Shown in pieces: positions 10,594-20,572 of a DNA stretch of 64,000 bases (position 1 is its first letter; each line of letters opens with the position of its first letter). Location of the stretch: NCBI RefSeq assembly GCF_035254145.1, contig NZ_DATFAV010000215.1:1229-65228 (forward strand), written 5' to 3'. The DNA comes from Caulobacter sp. Its GTDB lineage: Bacteria; Pseudomonadota; Alphaproteobacteria; Caulobacterales; Caulobacteraceae. The position numbers and the translations under genes are program-made. The notes below the pieces were generated by a model, which saw only the letters and a list, made by a program, of their open reading frames with translations, made no database searches and was not told the DNA's origin.

Positions 10594-11925
10594 TTGCCGA
10601 TCCAGGACCAGCCTCCCGCTCCCCAGATCCCGGCCCCTAAGCCGTCGCGTCTGAAATGGATGGCCGCCGGAGCCCTGGGCTTGACGCTGCTGGGCGTGGC
10701 GCTCGCGGTCCAGTTCAAGGCCTCTCCCCCGAAGATCGCCCTCGCCGCCACCCCCATTCCAGTCGCCTTGCCGACGGAGCCCGCCGACTGGCGCGGGCGC
10801 ATCGACTATCGCTCCCTCGACGCGCGCCTGGCGGCCATGACCGCCGACCATTCGATGGAAGGCCTGGCGGTCGCCGTGGTCGAGGATGGCCGGCTGTCGT
10901 TCGTGCGTGGCTATGGCCTGACCTCGGCCCAGGACGGCGAGCCCGTCGACGCCCACACCGTATTCCGCTGGGCCTCGCTGTCGAAGACGGTGTCGGGAAC
11001 CCTGACCGCCAGGCTGGCGGCCGACGGCCTGCTGTCGCTGTCGGATCCGCTGGAGGTCTTCCACACCAGTCTGCGCCTGCCGCGCGACGCCCAGCGCGGC
11101 CTGACCGTCGAGCAATTGCTGTCGCAACGAACGGGCCTGCCCAAGAACGCCTACGACGACCGGCTGGAGGATGGCCAGGACCCTGTCGCGATCCGCCACG
11201 CCCTCGGCGAGGTACCCGTCGCTTGCGCGCCGGGCGTCTGCCACACCTACCAGAACATCGCCTACGACACGATCACCGAGGTCATCGGCGTCCGCACCGG
11301 CGAGCGCTACGACCAGACGGTGATGCGCCGCCTGTTCGCGCCGCTGGGCATGACTGGCGCCACGATCGGCTCGGGCGGACTGATCCACGCTCGCCACTGG
11401 GCGCGCCCACATCGCGAGGGCCGGGTGCTGACCTTGTCTGAGGCCTATTACCGCCTGCCTTCCGCCGCCGGGGTCAACTCGACCATCGTCGATCTGGCGA
11501 CCTGGATGCAGGCGCAGATGGGGCTGCGGCCCGACGTGCTGCCCGCCCCGGTCCTGGACGCGGTGCAGCGCCCGCGCGTCGCCACCGCCAGTCCCTATGG
11601 CCGCCTGCCGATCGCGCGCGAGCTGAAGCATGCCGGCTATGGCCTGGGCATGCGCAGCTTCACCTATAAGGGCCACAGGCTGATCGGCCACAGCGGCGGC
11701 GTCTCGGGCTATCGCTCGACCATGATGTTCGACCCGGCGACCCGCACGGGCATCGTCATGCTGTGGAACAGCGACGCGGGCCTGCCCTTCCGCTTCCAGG
11801 CCGAGTTCTTCGACCGCGCCTATGGCCTGCCCTACACCGACTGGCTGGACCTCAAGGACACGTCCGCGTCCCGCGTGGCCGACGCCCGCCGTCTTCGATT
11901 GCCCGCGACGAACGAAGCGGGCTAG
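10594..11925 (+). CDS. Serine hydrolase, beta-lactamase class C-like family
   Basis: SLSK (SxxK), YQN (YxN) and HSG motifs; N-terminal hydrophobic anchor. Confidence 0.88.
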   Translation: MPIQDQPPAPQIPAPKPSRLKWMAAGALGLTLLGVALAVQFKASPPKIALAATPIPVALPTEPADWRGRIDYRSLDARLAAMTADHSMEGLAVAVVEDGRLSFVRGYGLTSAQDGEPVDAHTVFRWASLSKTVSGTLTARLAADGLLSLSDPLEVFHTSLRLPRDAQRGLTVEQLLSQRTGLPKNAYDDRLEDGQDPVAIRHALGEVPVACAPGVCHTYQNIAYDTITEVIGVRTGERYDQTVMRRLFAPLGMTGATIGSGGLIHARHWARPHREGRVLTLSEAYYRLPSAAGVNSTIVDLATWMQAQMGLRPDVLPAPVLDAVQRPRVATASPYGRLPIARELKHAGYGLGMRSFTYKGHRLIGHSGGVSGYRSTMMFDPATRTGIVMLWNSDAGLPFRFQAEFFDRAYGLPYTDWLDLKDTSASRVADARRLRLPATNEAG

Positions 11926-11953
11926 CTGAAGGCCGCGCAGCCGGAGATTTCGC

Positions 11954-13243
11954 ATGGACGCAACGGCCCAGGCCCCTTCGCCAGGCGGCGCGGTGACACG
12001 TTTCCTCGCCTCGGCCCCGCCCTGGGTGTTCGCGCTCTACGGTGGCCTGTCCTCGTTCGCCGTCTATTTCGCCATGTTCGGCTATCGCAAGCCGTTCACG
12101 GCCGCCGCCTACGCTCATGAGGCCGGCTGGCCCTTCGCCTTCGACTTCAAGATCGCCCTCGTCATCGCCCAGGTGGCCGGTTACGCCACGGCCAAGTTCA
12201 TCGGGGTCAAGGTGATCTCCGAGATGCGAGCCAGCCGCCGCGCGGTGGCGATCCTGGCCCTGATCGCCGGGGCGGAGCTGTCGCTGCTGCTGTTCGGCGC
12301 CGTTCCCGCCGTCGCCGGCCCCTTGGCGCTCTATCTCAACGGCCTGTGCCTGGGGATGATCTGGGGCCTGGTGTTCGGCTTCCTCGAGGGCCGACGCCTG
12401 ACCGAGGTGCTGGGCGCCATGCTGTGCGCCAGCTTCATCCTGTCCTCGGGCGTGGCCAAGTCGGTCGGCAAGACGCTGCTGCTGTCGAACGTCGACGAGC
12501 GCTGGATGCCGGCCGTCTCCGGCCTGATCTTCGCGCCGCTGATGCTGGTGGCCGTCGCCGCCCTGGCCCAGTTGCCGCCGCCCAACGCCGCCGACGAGGC
12601 CGAGCGCGTGCGCCGCGCGCCGATGGACGCCAAGGACCGGGCCGCCCTGTTCGCCGCCCACGCCCCCGCCCTGATCCTGCTGATCGCGGTCTATGTGATC
12701 CTGACGGCGTTCCGCGACTTCCGCGACAACTTCTCGGCCGAGATCTGGGCCGAGCTCGGCTTCAAGAACGCCGCCTCGATCTTCACCCTGTCGGAGCTGC
12801 CGGTGGCGGCGATCGTGCTGATCGGCCTGGCCGCGCTGATGGGGGTCAAGGACAACCGCCGGGCCGTGGCGTTCAACCTCGGCTTCGTGGCCCTGGGCTT
12901 TGCCCTGCTCGGCGCCTCGACCCTGGCCTACCAGCTGGGCGTCCTGCCGCCGGTCTGGTGGATGATCCTGGCCGGGGCCGGCCTCTACATGGGCTACACC
13001 CCATTCAACGCCATGCTGTTCGACCGCATGATCGCCGCGACCGGCAAGGTCGGCACGGCCGGCTTTCTGATCTATGTCGCCGACTCGTTCGGCTATATCG
13101 GCAGCATCTCCCTGCTGCTGGTGAAGTCGTTCACCCGGCTGGACGTCGAATGGGGCCAGTTCCTGGCGGGCGGCGCCTACGTCGCCTGCGGCCTGGGCCT
13201 GATCGGCCTGTTCTTCGCCAACCGCTTTCTGAAGAGCCTCTGA
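11954..13243 (+). CDS. MFS-like multi-pass membrane protein (DUF5690-like)
   Basis: About 12 hydrophobic helices; YRKPF, LEGRR, RDFRDNF and FDRMIA motifs. Confidence 0.7.
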   Translation: MDATAQAPSPGGAVTRFLASAPPWVFALYGGLSSFAVYFAMFGYRKPFTAAAYAHEAGWPFAFDFKIALVIAQVAGYATAKFIGVKVISEMRASRRAVAILALIAGAELSLLLFGAVPAVAGPLALYLNGLCLGMIWGLVFGFLEGRRLTEVLGAMLCASFILSSGVAKSVGKTLLLSNVDERWMPAVSGLIFAPLMLVAVAALAQLPPPNAADEAERVRRAPMDAKDRAALFAAHAPALILLIAVYVILTAFRDFRDNFSAEIWAELGFKNAASIFTLSELPVAAIVLIGLAALMGVKDNRRAVAFNLGFVALGFALLGASTLAYQLGVLPPVWWMILAGAGLYMGYTPFNAMLFDRMIAATGKVGTAGFLIYVADSFGYIGSISLLLVKSFTRLDVEWGQFLAGGAYVACGLGLIGLFFANRFLKSL

Positions 13244-13245
13244 CC

Positions 13246-14442
13246 ATGGCGCTGCGCGCGATCAGCCTTCGAGCCCGCCAGGCGCTGGTCCAGTTCCTGG
13301 AGAACGAGGCGGCCGGCGGCTACGTACTGATGGCCGCCGCGGCCCTGGCCCTGGTCGTGGCCAACTCGCCTCTGGCCCCGGGCTATTTCAAGGCGCTGGA
13401 GATCCATCTCGGCTTTGCGCTGGGGCCCGTCCATCTGGACGAGAGCGTCCTGCACTGGATCAACGACGGACTGATGGCCCTGTTCTTCTTGCTGGTGGGC
13501 CTGGAGATCAAGCGCGAGGTGCTGGACGGCCAGCTGTCGCGGCCCGCCGACGTGCTGCTGCCCGGCGCCGCGGCTCTTGGCGGGGTCGCGCTGCCGGCGC
13601 TGATCTATCTGACGTTCAACCTGCGCCACCCCGACAGCGTCGCCGGCTGGGCCATCCCCTCGGCCACGGACATCGCCTTCGCCCTGGGGGTTCTGGCCCT
13701 GATGGGCCCGCGGGTCCCGACCTCGCTCAAGATCTTCCTGACCGCCATCGCGATCATGGACGATCTGGCGGCGATCGTGATCATCGCCCTGTTCTACACC
13801 GAGCAGCTGCACCTGCTGGCCCTGGCCGGGGCCGGCGCGGTGCTGACGCTGCTGGTGGTTCTGAACCGCCTGCGGGTGCTGAGCCTGTGGCCCTATCTGC
13901 TGCTGGGCCTCGTCCTGTGGTTCCTGGTGTTGGAGTCGGGGATCCACGCCACCCTGGCCGGCGTCGCCCTGGCCCTGACCATCCCGCTACGCGCCGACGA
14001 CCGCTGCCCGCTGCATCGGCTGGAGCACGCCCTGCACAAGCCGGTCGCTTTCGGGGTGACGCCGATCTTCGGCTTCGCCAACGCCGGCCTGTCCTTCGCG
14101 GGCGTCGGCCTCGCCGCCCTGCTGGACCCCGTACCTCTGGGCGTGGCGCTCGGCCTCTTCCTCGGCAAGCAGCTGGGGGTCTTCGGCGTCGCCTTCGGCC
14201 TGATCCGCCTGGGCTGGGCGCGTCCGCCGGCCGGGGCCTCGCTGGCCCAGCTCTATGGCGTTGCGGTCCTGTGCGGCGTCGGTTTCACCATGAGTCTGTT
14301 CATCGGCGGCCTGGCGTTCGGCGAACCGAAGCTGATCGACGAGACCAAGATCGGCGTCCTGGCCGGCTCGCTGGCCTCGGCCCTTCTGGGCCTTGTGATC
14401 CTGCGCCTGGCCAAGCCCGCGTGCGCCCACAAGGACGCTTGA
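13246..14442 (+). CDS. nhaA: Na+/H+ antiporter NhaA
   Basis: [48 protein letters not shown]; ATG at 13246. Confidence 0.96.
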   Translation: MALRAISLRARQALVQFLENEAAGGYVLMAAAALALVVANSPLAPGYFKALEIHLGFALGPVHLDESVLHWINDGLMALFFLLVGLEIKREVLDGQLSRPADVLLPGAAALGGVALPALIYLTFNLRHPDSVAGWAIPSATDIAFALGVLALMGPRVPTSLKIFLTAIAIMDDLAAIVIIALFYTEQLHLLALAGAGAVLTLLVVLNRLRVLSLWPYLLLGLVLWFLVLESGIHATLAGVALALTIPLRADDRCPLHRLEHALHKPVAFGVTPIFGFANAGLSFAGVGLAALLDPVPLGVALGLFLGKQLGVFGVAFGLIRLGWARPPAGASLAQLYGVAVLCGVGFTMSLFIGGLAFGEPKLIDETKIGVLAGSLASALLGLVILRLAKPACAHKDA

Positions 14443-14502
14443 GCCGGCCGCGCTTTGGCGCGAGGATATCGATGGCGGGTGTTTTTCTGGAGTTCGACGA
14501 CC

Positions 14503-14910
14503 ATGCGTCACCTGATCGGTTTCGCCGCGCTTTGCGCGTTGTCCCTCGCCTCGCCGGCGTTCGCCCAATCACCGGACAAGGCCCCCGAAAAGACCCCCAA
14601 CAAGATCGAGGCCAAGCCCGAGCGAACCTGTTTCCGCGCCGAGGACGTGGACGGCTTTAACGCCGTCGACAAGCAGACCGTCGATGTCTCGGTCGGGGTG
14701 AAGGACGTCTATCGCCTGACCCTGTTCTCGCCCTCGCCCGACATCGACTGGACCCTGCGCATCGGGATCGAGGCGCGGGGGAGTTCGTGGATCTGCTCGG
14801 GCCTGGACGCCACCATCATCGTGCCGGGGCCGATCGGGATCCAGCGCTATCCCGTGACCGCGATCCGCAAGCTCTCGCCCGACGAGATCAAGGCCCGCAA
14901 GAAGCGCTGA
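14503..14910 (+). CDS. Small secreted hypothetical protein (DUF6491-like)
   Basis: Signal peptide MRHLIGFAALCALSLASPAFA; paired Cys; ATG at 14503. Confidence 0.55.
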   Translation: MRHLIGFAALCALSLASPAFAQSPDKAPEKTPNKIEAKPERTCFRAEDVDGFNAVDKQTVDVSVGVKDVYRLTLFSPSPDIDWTLRIGIEARGSSWICSGLDATIIVPGPIGIQRYPVTAIRKLSPDEIKARKKR

Positions 14911-14926
14911 ACCCCTTCGGCTCGGC

Positions 14927-15979
14927 TTACTGAAGCAGCAGGCCCAGCGGCTCGCCGCCGTCCGCATAGGCCACCCGGGTGCGGATGACGTAGCGCTGGC
15001 CGTCGATCAGCTTGGCGCGGATGGCCGCGTTGTCGGACGTGCCCGCATCGTCGGCCGAGGCCAGATGGCGGGGCTCGCCGTTGCGCTCCTCGAACAGCAC
15101 GATGCGCGCATCCGACGCCCCCAGGGTCTGGATCGTGTAGTCGCGCGTGGCGTCGGGCTGGAAGACGAAGTCACGCTGCGCGCCCGCCGCCGCCGGCAGG
15201 GGCGTCACCGACATGGCCGCGATCGGAGCCGCCGGCGCCAGGGCCGGATACCAGTGACCAGCCCAGGTCCGGTCGGTGGGCGACAGCACGATATTCTCGC
15301 CCACGCCGGTGACGTCATAGGGCGCCGGCGCCTTGATCAGCCCTTTGCGGAACGGATAGTGCATGACCGAAGCCGGATCCCAGGCCGAGCCGTCGACACT
15401 GTTGGACGGCAGCTTGGCGATGATGTTGTCGTAGGTCGTCTTGCGGTCCCAGCCGTCGCTGGCCAGGTGGTGGGCATAGACCGCCTCCTCGTCCCAGACG
15501 ATGCCGGCCAGCGGGTTCTGGTGCTCGTGCTCCAGGCCCAGGGCGTGGCCGATCTCGTGCAGGGCGGTGGCGCCGCCCCACGCCGTCGTCAGGTCCCAGC
15601 CGAAGTTCATGTTGCGGTCGCGATCGCGGTTCTTGAGGATCGCCGTGCCCACCCACGACCAGCTGCCGTCGCCTTGCCAGCGGCCAATCAGGATCTCGGC
15701 CTCGCTCTCCTTGGGCTCCTCGCGGAAGGTCAGGCCGGGGGCCACGGTCTTCCATTGGGCGAAGGCGGCGCGCACCACGGCCTTCTGCGCCTCGGGCCAG
15801 TTCCAGTCCTCGCGGACGACGAAGCAGTAGCGCAGCACTGTTCCGTTCATCCACTTGTTGTCGCTGCGCCGGATGGCGAAGGCGCGCCCGGGGGCCAGGT
15901 CGGCCGGCAACGGACGGGCCATCGACGGCGGCTGGGCGCACATCGGCCTATCCTCGGCCGAAGTTCTTTGCTCGGACAT
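14927..15979 (-). CDS. Zincin metallopeptidase (M12/astacin-like) with C-terminal beta-sandwich
   Basis: HEIGHALGLEHEH zinc motif, SVMHY Met-turn; GGAGG RBS; no obvious signal peptide. Confidence 0.88.
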   Translation of the reverse strand: MSEQRTSAEDRPMCAQPPSMARPLPADLAPGRAFAIRRSDNKWMNGTVLRYCFVVREDWNWPEAQKAVVRAAFAQWKTVAPGLTFREEPKESEAEILIGRWQGDGSWSWVGTAILKNRDRDRNMNFGWDLTTAWGGATALHEIGHALGLEHEHQNPLAGIVWDEEAVYAHHLASDGWDRKTTYDNIIAKLPSNSVDGSAWDPASVMHYPFRKGLIKAPAPYDVTGVGENIVLSPTDRTWAGHWYPALAPAAPIAAMSVTPLPAAAGAQRDFVFQPDATRDYTIQTLGASDARIVLFEERNGEPRHLASADDAGTSDNAAIRAKLIDGQRYVIRTRVAYADGGEPLGLLLQ

Positions 15980-15980
15980 C

Positions 15981-17360
15981 TCAATTTCCTCCGTTTACGG
16001 ATTGATCGATGGTCGCCTCGGCCGGGCAAGCCGAACCGCCGGCCGCCAGGATCTCGCGGCAGGCGCGCAGGCGGTTCAGCGTCTGTTGGGTGGTGAGCGC
16101 GTCGATCTCGGACTTCTGGCGCGCCGTCGTGGAATTGGCGGCGGCGAAGGCGGCAGCCTGCTCGGCCGCGCCCGCCAGGCCGGCGGCGATCGTCTCTGCC
16201 CGCGCTTTCGCGGTCCAGCTGGCCTCGGAGGTCCGGCCGAACTTGTCGAGGCTCAGGTTCACGTCGCGGTCCCCGCCCTTCAGGTCGAGAAACTCGACGA
16301 CGCCCCATTGCGGCATGGGCAGGGTTTTGGCGGCCGTGGCCAGAACCTTCCCGCCACCGGCGCCGGACTTGGGCGCCATGAACCCGGCCTCGACAGCGAC
16401 ATAGACCGGACGCGGCAGGCAGACGCCGAGAACGCTCTTCTCGTCCTTCCCGGCCGGCGCGAGCTTCTGCCTGCAGATCTCGGCCTGGGCCGTCTCGGTC
16501 GAAGGGGGGGTCACGCCGGCAGGCGGCGTGACGGTCCACTCGACCTCGAACACCCGGGGCGGGCTATTCTCGGCCAGCCAAGGCAGGTCTTGCTTGTCCA
16601 GGTCCAGCGTCGCCTGGGCGGTGTATGTGCGCTTGCCGCTGGACCCGACAGGTCCCTCCTTCAGGTCGGCGAGCTTCAACCTCTTCGAGATGTCGGCGTG
16701 GAGGATTCCGGCGCGCAACGTGGACCGCTCGGTCAGCAGGCGATCGATCGCCTTGTTCTGAGCGCTGGCGGCGGCAGGATCAGCGGGAATCGCCTTATCC
16801 CGCCATTCCTTGAGTCGGGCGTCGATCTTCTCGATACGCCTCAGCGCGTCCATCGCCTCCGGCGAACAGGCGGGTAGCTTCTGGGCGGCGGGCTCGTCGC
16901 CCCGGCTTGGTGTGAACGCCGGCCCAACGCCCGCCGCGGCGCCGACGACCTGAGCGGCGAATTTGATCGCATCGCCGACGATCGCGCCCAGGCGGTTCTC
17001 GTTGCTGCTGCCCAGGGTGGCGATGGCGCCGGTGTCATGCAGGGTGAGCTTCAGCTGGCGCTTGATAATGCTGCTTTTCAGCTGTCTCGTGGTCAGCGGA
17101 AACTCCGCATTCGATCCGGCCGCCTCGCCCACCACGGCCATTTCGGCGTCCACGGAGGGATCATCGGCGCAAGACTTCAGCGTCAGCGAGATCTTCGCCG
17201 ACACGGCCGTCTCCGGCAGCTTATAGCGGATCAGTTCGAAATTGGGCGCATGTACGCAGGCGGCGGTCGGGCACGCCAGCATGAGCGTCATTGGCCAGGC
17301 CGCGCCGCGCGCCAGCGCGCGAAGACGGGAGCCTGACCCGCTCTTGGATCGATTGGGCAT
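15981..17360 (-). CDS. Hypothetical exported protein, probable lipoprotein
   Basis: ATG at 17360 after GGAGA; positively charged N-terminus, hydrophobic stretch and TAAC lipobox-like motif; stop 1 bp before the peptidase start. Confidence 0.6.
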   Translation of the reverse strand: MPNRSKSGSGSRLRALARGAAWPMTLMLACPTAACVHAPNFELIRYKLPETAVSAKISLTLKSCADDPSVDAEMAVVGEAAGSNAEFPLTTRQLKSSIIKRQLKLTLHDTGAIATLGSSNENRLGAIVGDAIKFAAQVVGAAAGVGPAFTPSRGDEPAAQKLPACSPEAMDALRRIEKIDARLKEWRDKAIPADPAAASAQNKAIDRLLTERSTLRAGILHADISKRLKLADLKEGPVGSSGKRTYTAQATLDLDKQDLPWLAENSPPRVFEVEWTVTPPAGVTPPSTETAQAEICRQKLAPAGKDEKSVLGVCLPRPVYVAVEAGFMAPKSGAGGGKVLATAAKTLPMPQWGVVEFLDLKGGDRDVNLSLDKFGRTSEASWTAKARAETIAAGLAGAAEQAAAFAAANSTTARQKSEIDALTTQQTLNRLRACREILAAGGSACPAEATIDQSVNGGN

Positions 17361-17404
17361 GATGATCTCCTGTTTGAAGGAAGTTCGGACTGAGGGGCGA
17401 CGCC

Positions 17405-17923
17405 TCACGCCGGGGCGTCGAGGCCAAAGACGCGGTCGGCGAGGGCCAGCAGGCCGGAGACCACGATGGCGGCCAGACCGACCAGTTCGCCCCAGGCCGT
17501 CATCCACGCCTCGGGCAGCACGCCCTTGATCGACAGGGCCCAGACGAGAAAGGCGATGGTCGCGGCGGTCGGCGGCCAGGGATGGGGCGTGAACGGCGCG
17601 GGCGGCTGACCGGTGGCGCGCTCGGCTTCTCGCTGTTTGGCGTAGGCCAGGGCCAGATACATGACCGGAGTCAGGACGGCGAAGCCGGCATAGAGCCACA
17701 GACCCAATCGTTCCGGCGGATGCGTCATGGTCGCGACCGCGGCGATCCCGGCCAGGAACAGGGTGATGGTCTCCGCCGGCAGATAGCGGGACAGGGCTTC
17801 GAACACGTCGCCCTTCTCGCCCGCGGGGGGCGGACCGGGCGGTTGACCACCGCCTGGGGCATGAGCCGGGCCGCGGATGGAGCGATTGTCGGCGTGGCGA
17901 CGGGCGAGACTGTTGAGGCTCAT
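17405..17923 (-). CDS. Small membrane protein (about 4 TM) with SRYLPAE motif
   Basis: ATG at 17923 after AGAGGA; Pro/Gly linker followed by hydrophobic helices. Confidence 0.65.
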   Translation of the reverse strand: MSLNSLARRHADNRSIRGPAHAPGGGQPPGPPPAGEKGDVFEALSRYLPAETITLFLAGIAAVATMTHPPERLGLWLYAGFAVLTPVMYLALAYAKQREAERATGQPPAPFTPHPWPPTAATIAFLVWALSIKGVLPEAWMTAWGELVGLAAIVVSGLLALADRVFGLDAPA

Positions 17924-18002
17924 CGTTCCTCTCCATGTCAGGTCGCAAGAGCGCGACGGTGAGCGGAATACGGTCACGCTAGGCCCGCGGCGGGGCGTCG
18001 CC

Positions 18003-18020
18003 GCGTGACGGCCGTCACGC
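18003..18020. promoter_or_regulatory. CRP-type operator (CGTGA-N6-TCACG) in the divergent promoter
   Basis: Perfect 18-bp palindrome GCGTGACGGCCGTCACGC with GTGA-N6-TCAC spacing. Confidence 0.6.
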
Positions 18021-18122
18021 GCTGAGAGAGAAGAGCCCACTCCGTGCACGATGACGTTGTGCCCGCGTGCGGTGTCTGCCAGTCTCCGTTCGGGGAACCT
18101 TGGTTTTTAGGCGAGGGGCGCC

Positions 18123-19868
18123 ATGGACGCGGATCAGCCCGCGGCGGCGCGCTATTGGGCGTTCGTCAGCTATAGTCACAGGGACGCGGCGCGCGGCCGG
18201 CGGCTGCATGGGCGCCTGGAGCGCTATGTCCTCCCGCGGCGCCTCGTCGGCCGGATCACGCCGCGCGGCCGCACGCCTCGCCGCCTGGCGCCGATCTTCC
18301 GCGATCGCGAGGAGTTTCCCGCCGCGCACGACCTCAGCACCGAGGTGCGCGCGGCGCTTTCGGTCTCCAACGCCCTCATCGTGATCTGCTCGCCCAACGC
18401 GGCCGCCTCGCCCTGGGTGGCGCGCGAGATCGAGCTGTTCCGCGCCCTGCACCCGGACCGGCCGATCCTGGCGGCCCTGATCGCGGGAGAACCGGACACG
18501 GCCTTCCCCGCTCCGTTGCGCGACCACGCCGAACCCCTGGCCGCCGACTTCCGCCCGGCCGGCGACGGCGAGCGGCTGGCCCTGCTGAAGCTGGTCGCGG
18601 GCATGGCCGGCGTCGGGCTGGACGAACTGATCCAACGCGATGCGCAACGTCGTCTGAGGTCCGTGACGGCCGTCACGGCGCTGTCCCTGTCGGCGGTGCT
18701 AGCCATGGGTCTGCTTACGGCCTTCGCCCTGAGCGCCCGGGACGAGGCCCAGCGACAGCGGGGCCTGGCCCTGGCGGCTCTGGACGAGGCGCGGACCCAG
18801 AGGACGCTGGCCCTGAACGCCCGCGACGAAGCGCAACGGCAAAGGGCCTCGGCCCTGCGGGCGCGCGACGAAGCCCGGCGTCAGCGCGCCGTCGCGCTCG
18901 ACGCCCGCGCCGAGGCCGAGGACCAACGACTGGAAGCCATGGCGATGGTGGAGTTCATGCTGACCGATCTGGGCGACAAGTTGAAAGGCAGCGAACGGCT
19001 GGCGGTGCGCAGCGCCGTCAACCAGCGCGCGCTCGACTACTACGCCGGTCAGCGCCGACTGCCCCCGGCCGCGACAGCCCAGCTCGCCCGGCTGCAAACC
19101 GCCCGGGGCGCGATCTTCGAAGAGAGCGGCGATCTGGATGCGGCGATGATGAAGTTCGCTCAGTCCTTCAGGACCACCACGCGCCTCAGCGAGGCGGCGC
19201 CGAAGAACGCGGCCTACGTCTTCAACCACGCCCAGAACGAGGCCTATGCGAGCAAGGTGGCGTTCATCCGCGCGGACTGGAAGACGGCCCAGGCCGGCTA
19301 CCGGCGCTACAACGCCCTGGCCGAACGCCTGATCGCGCTCCGGCCCGACAATCTCGATTACCGCCGGGAGATCGGCTACGCGCAGGGCAACCTTTGCTCG
19401 GTGGCCTTGCGGATGCGCGACACGCCCGCGGCGCTGGACTATTGCGGCCGGGCGCTGCGGACGATGCGCGACATCGAGGACCGCACGGTCGAGTTGCGGC
19501 GCACCGCCGCGTCCGACGTCGCCAATCGTCATGCCTGGATGGCCGACGTCCGCCAACGCCAGGGCGACCTGACCGGCGCCATGGCCGAGCGGGAGGCGCA
19601 GGAGAAGATCCTCGCCGCCCTCCTGGCCGAGCGCCCCAAGGACCTGGACACCCGCGCCGACTGGATCGCCCTACAGCAGGGCTTGGCCAGCCTCGCCTAC
19701 GCCGCCGGAGATCGCGCCGGCGCCCTCAAGCGCCTGAACGACGTGCGACCGACGGCCGTCACCCTCCTGGAGGACGACACCGACCGGCAGCGCGCCAAGA
19801 AGCTGCTGGCCCAGATCGACGCCAGACTCACCTACTTCAACCAACAAGCGAAGGAAGATCGGAAATGA
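18123..19868 (+). CDS. TIR domain - TM - coiled-coil stalk - TPR protein (cassette 1)
   Basis: AFVSYSHRD, IFRDREE, LIVICSPNAAASPWVAREIELF (TIR); one TM helix; TPR-like helical repeats. Confidence 0.85.
   Translation: MDADQPAAARYWAFVSYSHRDAARGRRLHGRLERYVLPRRLVGRITPRGRTPRRLAPIFRDREEFPAAHDLSTEVRAALSVSNALIVICSPNAAASPWVAREIELFRALHPDRPILAALIAGEPDTAFPAPLRDHAEPLAADFRPAGDGERLALLKLVAGMAGVGLDELIQRDAQRRLRSVTAVTALSLSAVLAMGLLTAFALSARDEAQRQRGLALAALDEARTQRTLALNARDEAQRQRASALRARDEARRQRAVALDARAEAEDQRLEAMAMVEFMLTDLGDKLKGSERLAVRSAVNQRALDYYAGQRRLPPAATAQLARLQTARGAIFEESGDLDAAMMKFAQSFRTTTRLSEAAPKNAAYVFNHAQNEAYASKVAFIRADWKTAQAGYRRYNALAERLIALRPDNLDYRREIGYAQGNLCSVALRMRDTPAALDYCGRALRTMRDIEDRTVELRRTAASDVANRHAWMADVRQRQGDLTGAMAEREAQEKILAALLAERPKDLDTRADWIALQQGLASLAYAAGDRAGALKRLNDVRPTAVTLLEDDTDRQRAKKLLAQIDARLTYFNQQAKEDRK
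18735..18938 (+). repeat. About 5 imperfect 42-bp (14-aa) tandem repeats, ARDEAxRQRxxALx
   Basis: ARDEAQRQRGLALA/ALDEARTQRTLALN/ARDEAQRQRASALR/ARDEARRQRAVALD/ARAEAEDQRLEA. Confidence 0.85.
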
Positions 19869-20497
19869 GCAATCCAACCCGCCTTCTCAGCCAAGAGAAT
19901 AAGTTCGGCAGGATTTCGGGCAACAGGCCCGTCGATTTTAACCCCAAGAAGGTCTTCCATGTCTTTCTGACCATGGATCTATCCAAACCGGGAGACTTAC
20001 AGTTCAACGTCCTGCAGCCGCAGGGGAGCCCTTTCAAATATAAAAGCGATAAAGAACTCGAAGCTTATGCTCTCGGCGCATACGAACATGGCAAATCCTC
20101 GCCGGTTCAATTTCTTCCGAATACGCAATACGATATCGTCGTCAGCGAACAATGCTGGATTATTCTACAACTTGATCCAAGTATTGAAAATTGGCAGTTC
20201 GCACTCGGTGAATTCGGCTGCACGACAAAGAGCGACACAAACGATCGCAACTGCTACCTGCGTCATGTCTATCCTGGACAACTGGGCAAACCAGGCGATC
20301 CCGTCGACAGGAACGGATGCCAGGTTCTCTACTTCGGCGTCTTTCGGCGCGGGGCGCGCGACTCCAACGACGCCAACGACCTGCCGAGCGAACTCTTCAA
20401 CTTCCACACCGAGTTCCTCCAAGCCGCCCTTGGCGCGCGCCTGCCGGTGATCTTCGACCCGGACATCAAGAACGACGCCGACAACAACTTTCCCTAG
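19865..20497 (+). CDS. Hypothetical protein with C-terminal DPDIKN motif (DP-EP/AidA-like beta-sandwich?)
   Basis: ATGA overlap with the TIR gene; 210 aa; AT-rich 5' two-thirds. Confidence 0.7.
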   Translation: MSNPTRLLSQENKFGRISGNRPVDFNPKKVFHVFLTMDLSKPGDLQFNVLQPQGSPFKYKSDKELEAYALGAYEHGKSSPVQFLPNTQYDIVVSEQCWIILQLDPSIENWQFALGEFGCTTKSDTNDRNCYLRHVYPGQLGKPGDPVDRNGCQVLYFGVFRRGARDSNDANDLPSELFNFHTEFLQAALGARLPVIFDPDIKNDADNNFP

Positions 20498-20508
20498 CCC
20501 GCATCGCC

Positions 20509-20532
20509 CCCGGAAGCCGCGAGGCTTCCGGG
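20509..20532. terminator. GC hairpin with GCGA tetraloop between the DP protein and cyclase-like genes
   Basis: CCCGGAAGCC-GCGA-GGCTTCCGGG followed by ACGTTTTG. Confidence 0.55.
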
Positions 20533-20572
20533 ACGTTTTGCTCCATGCGTTCCAGTTCCAGCGAGTACCGGC

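Noticed and set aside
17959-17977. GTGA-N11-TCAC near the divergent promoter
   Set aside because: Wrong spacing for a Crp site
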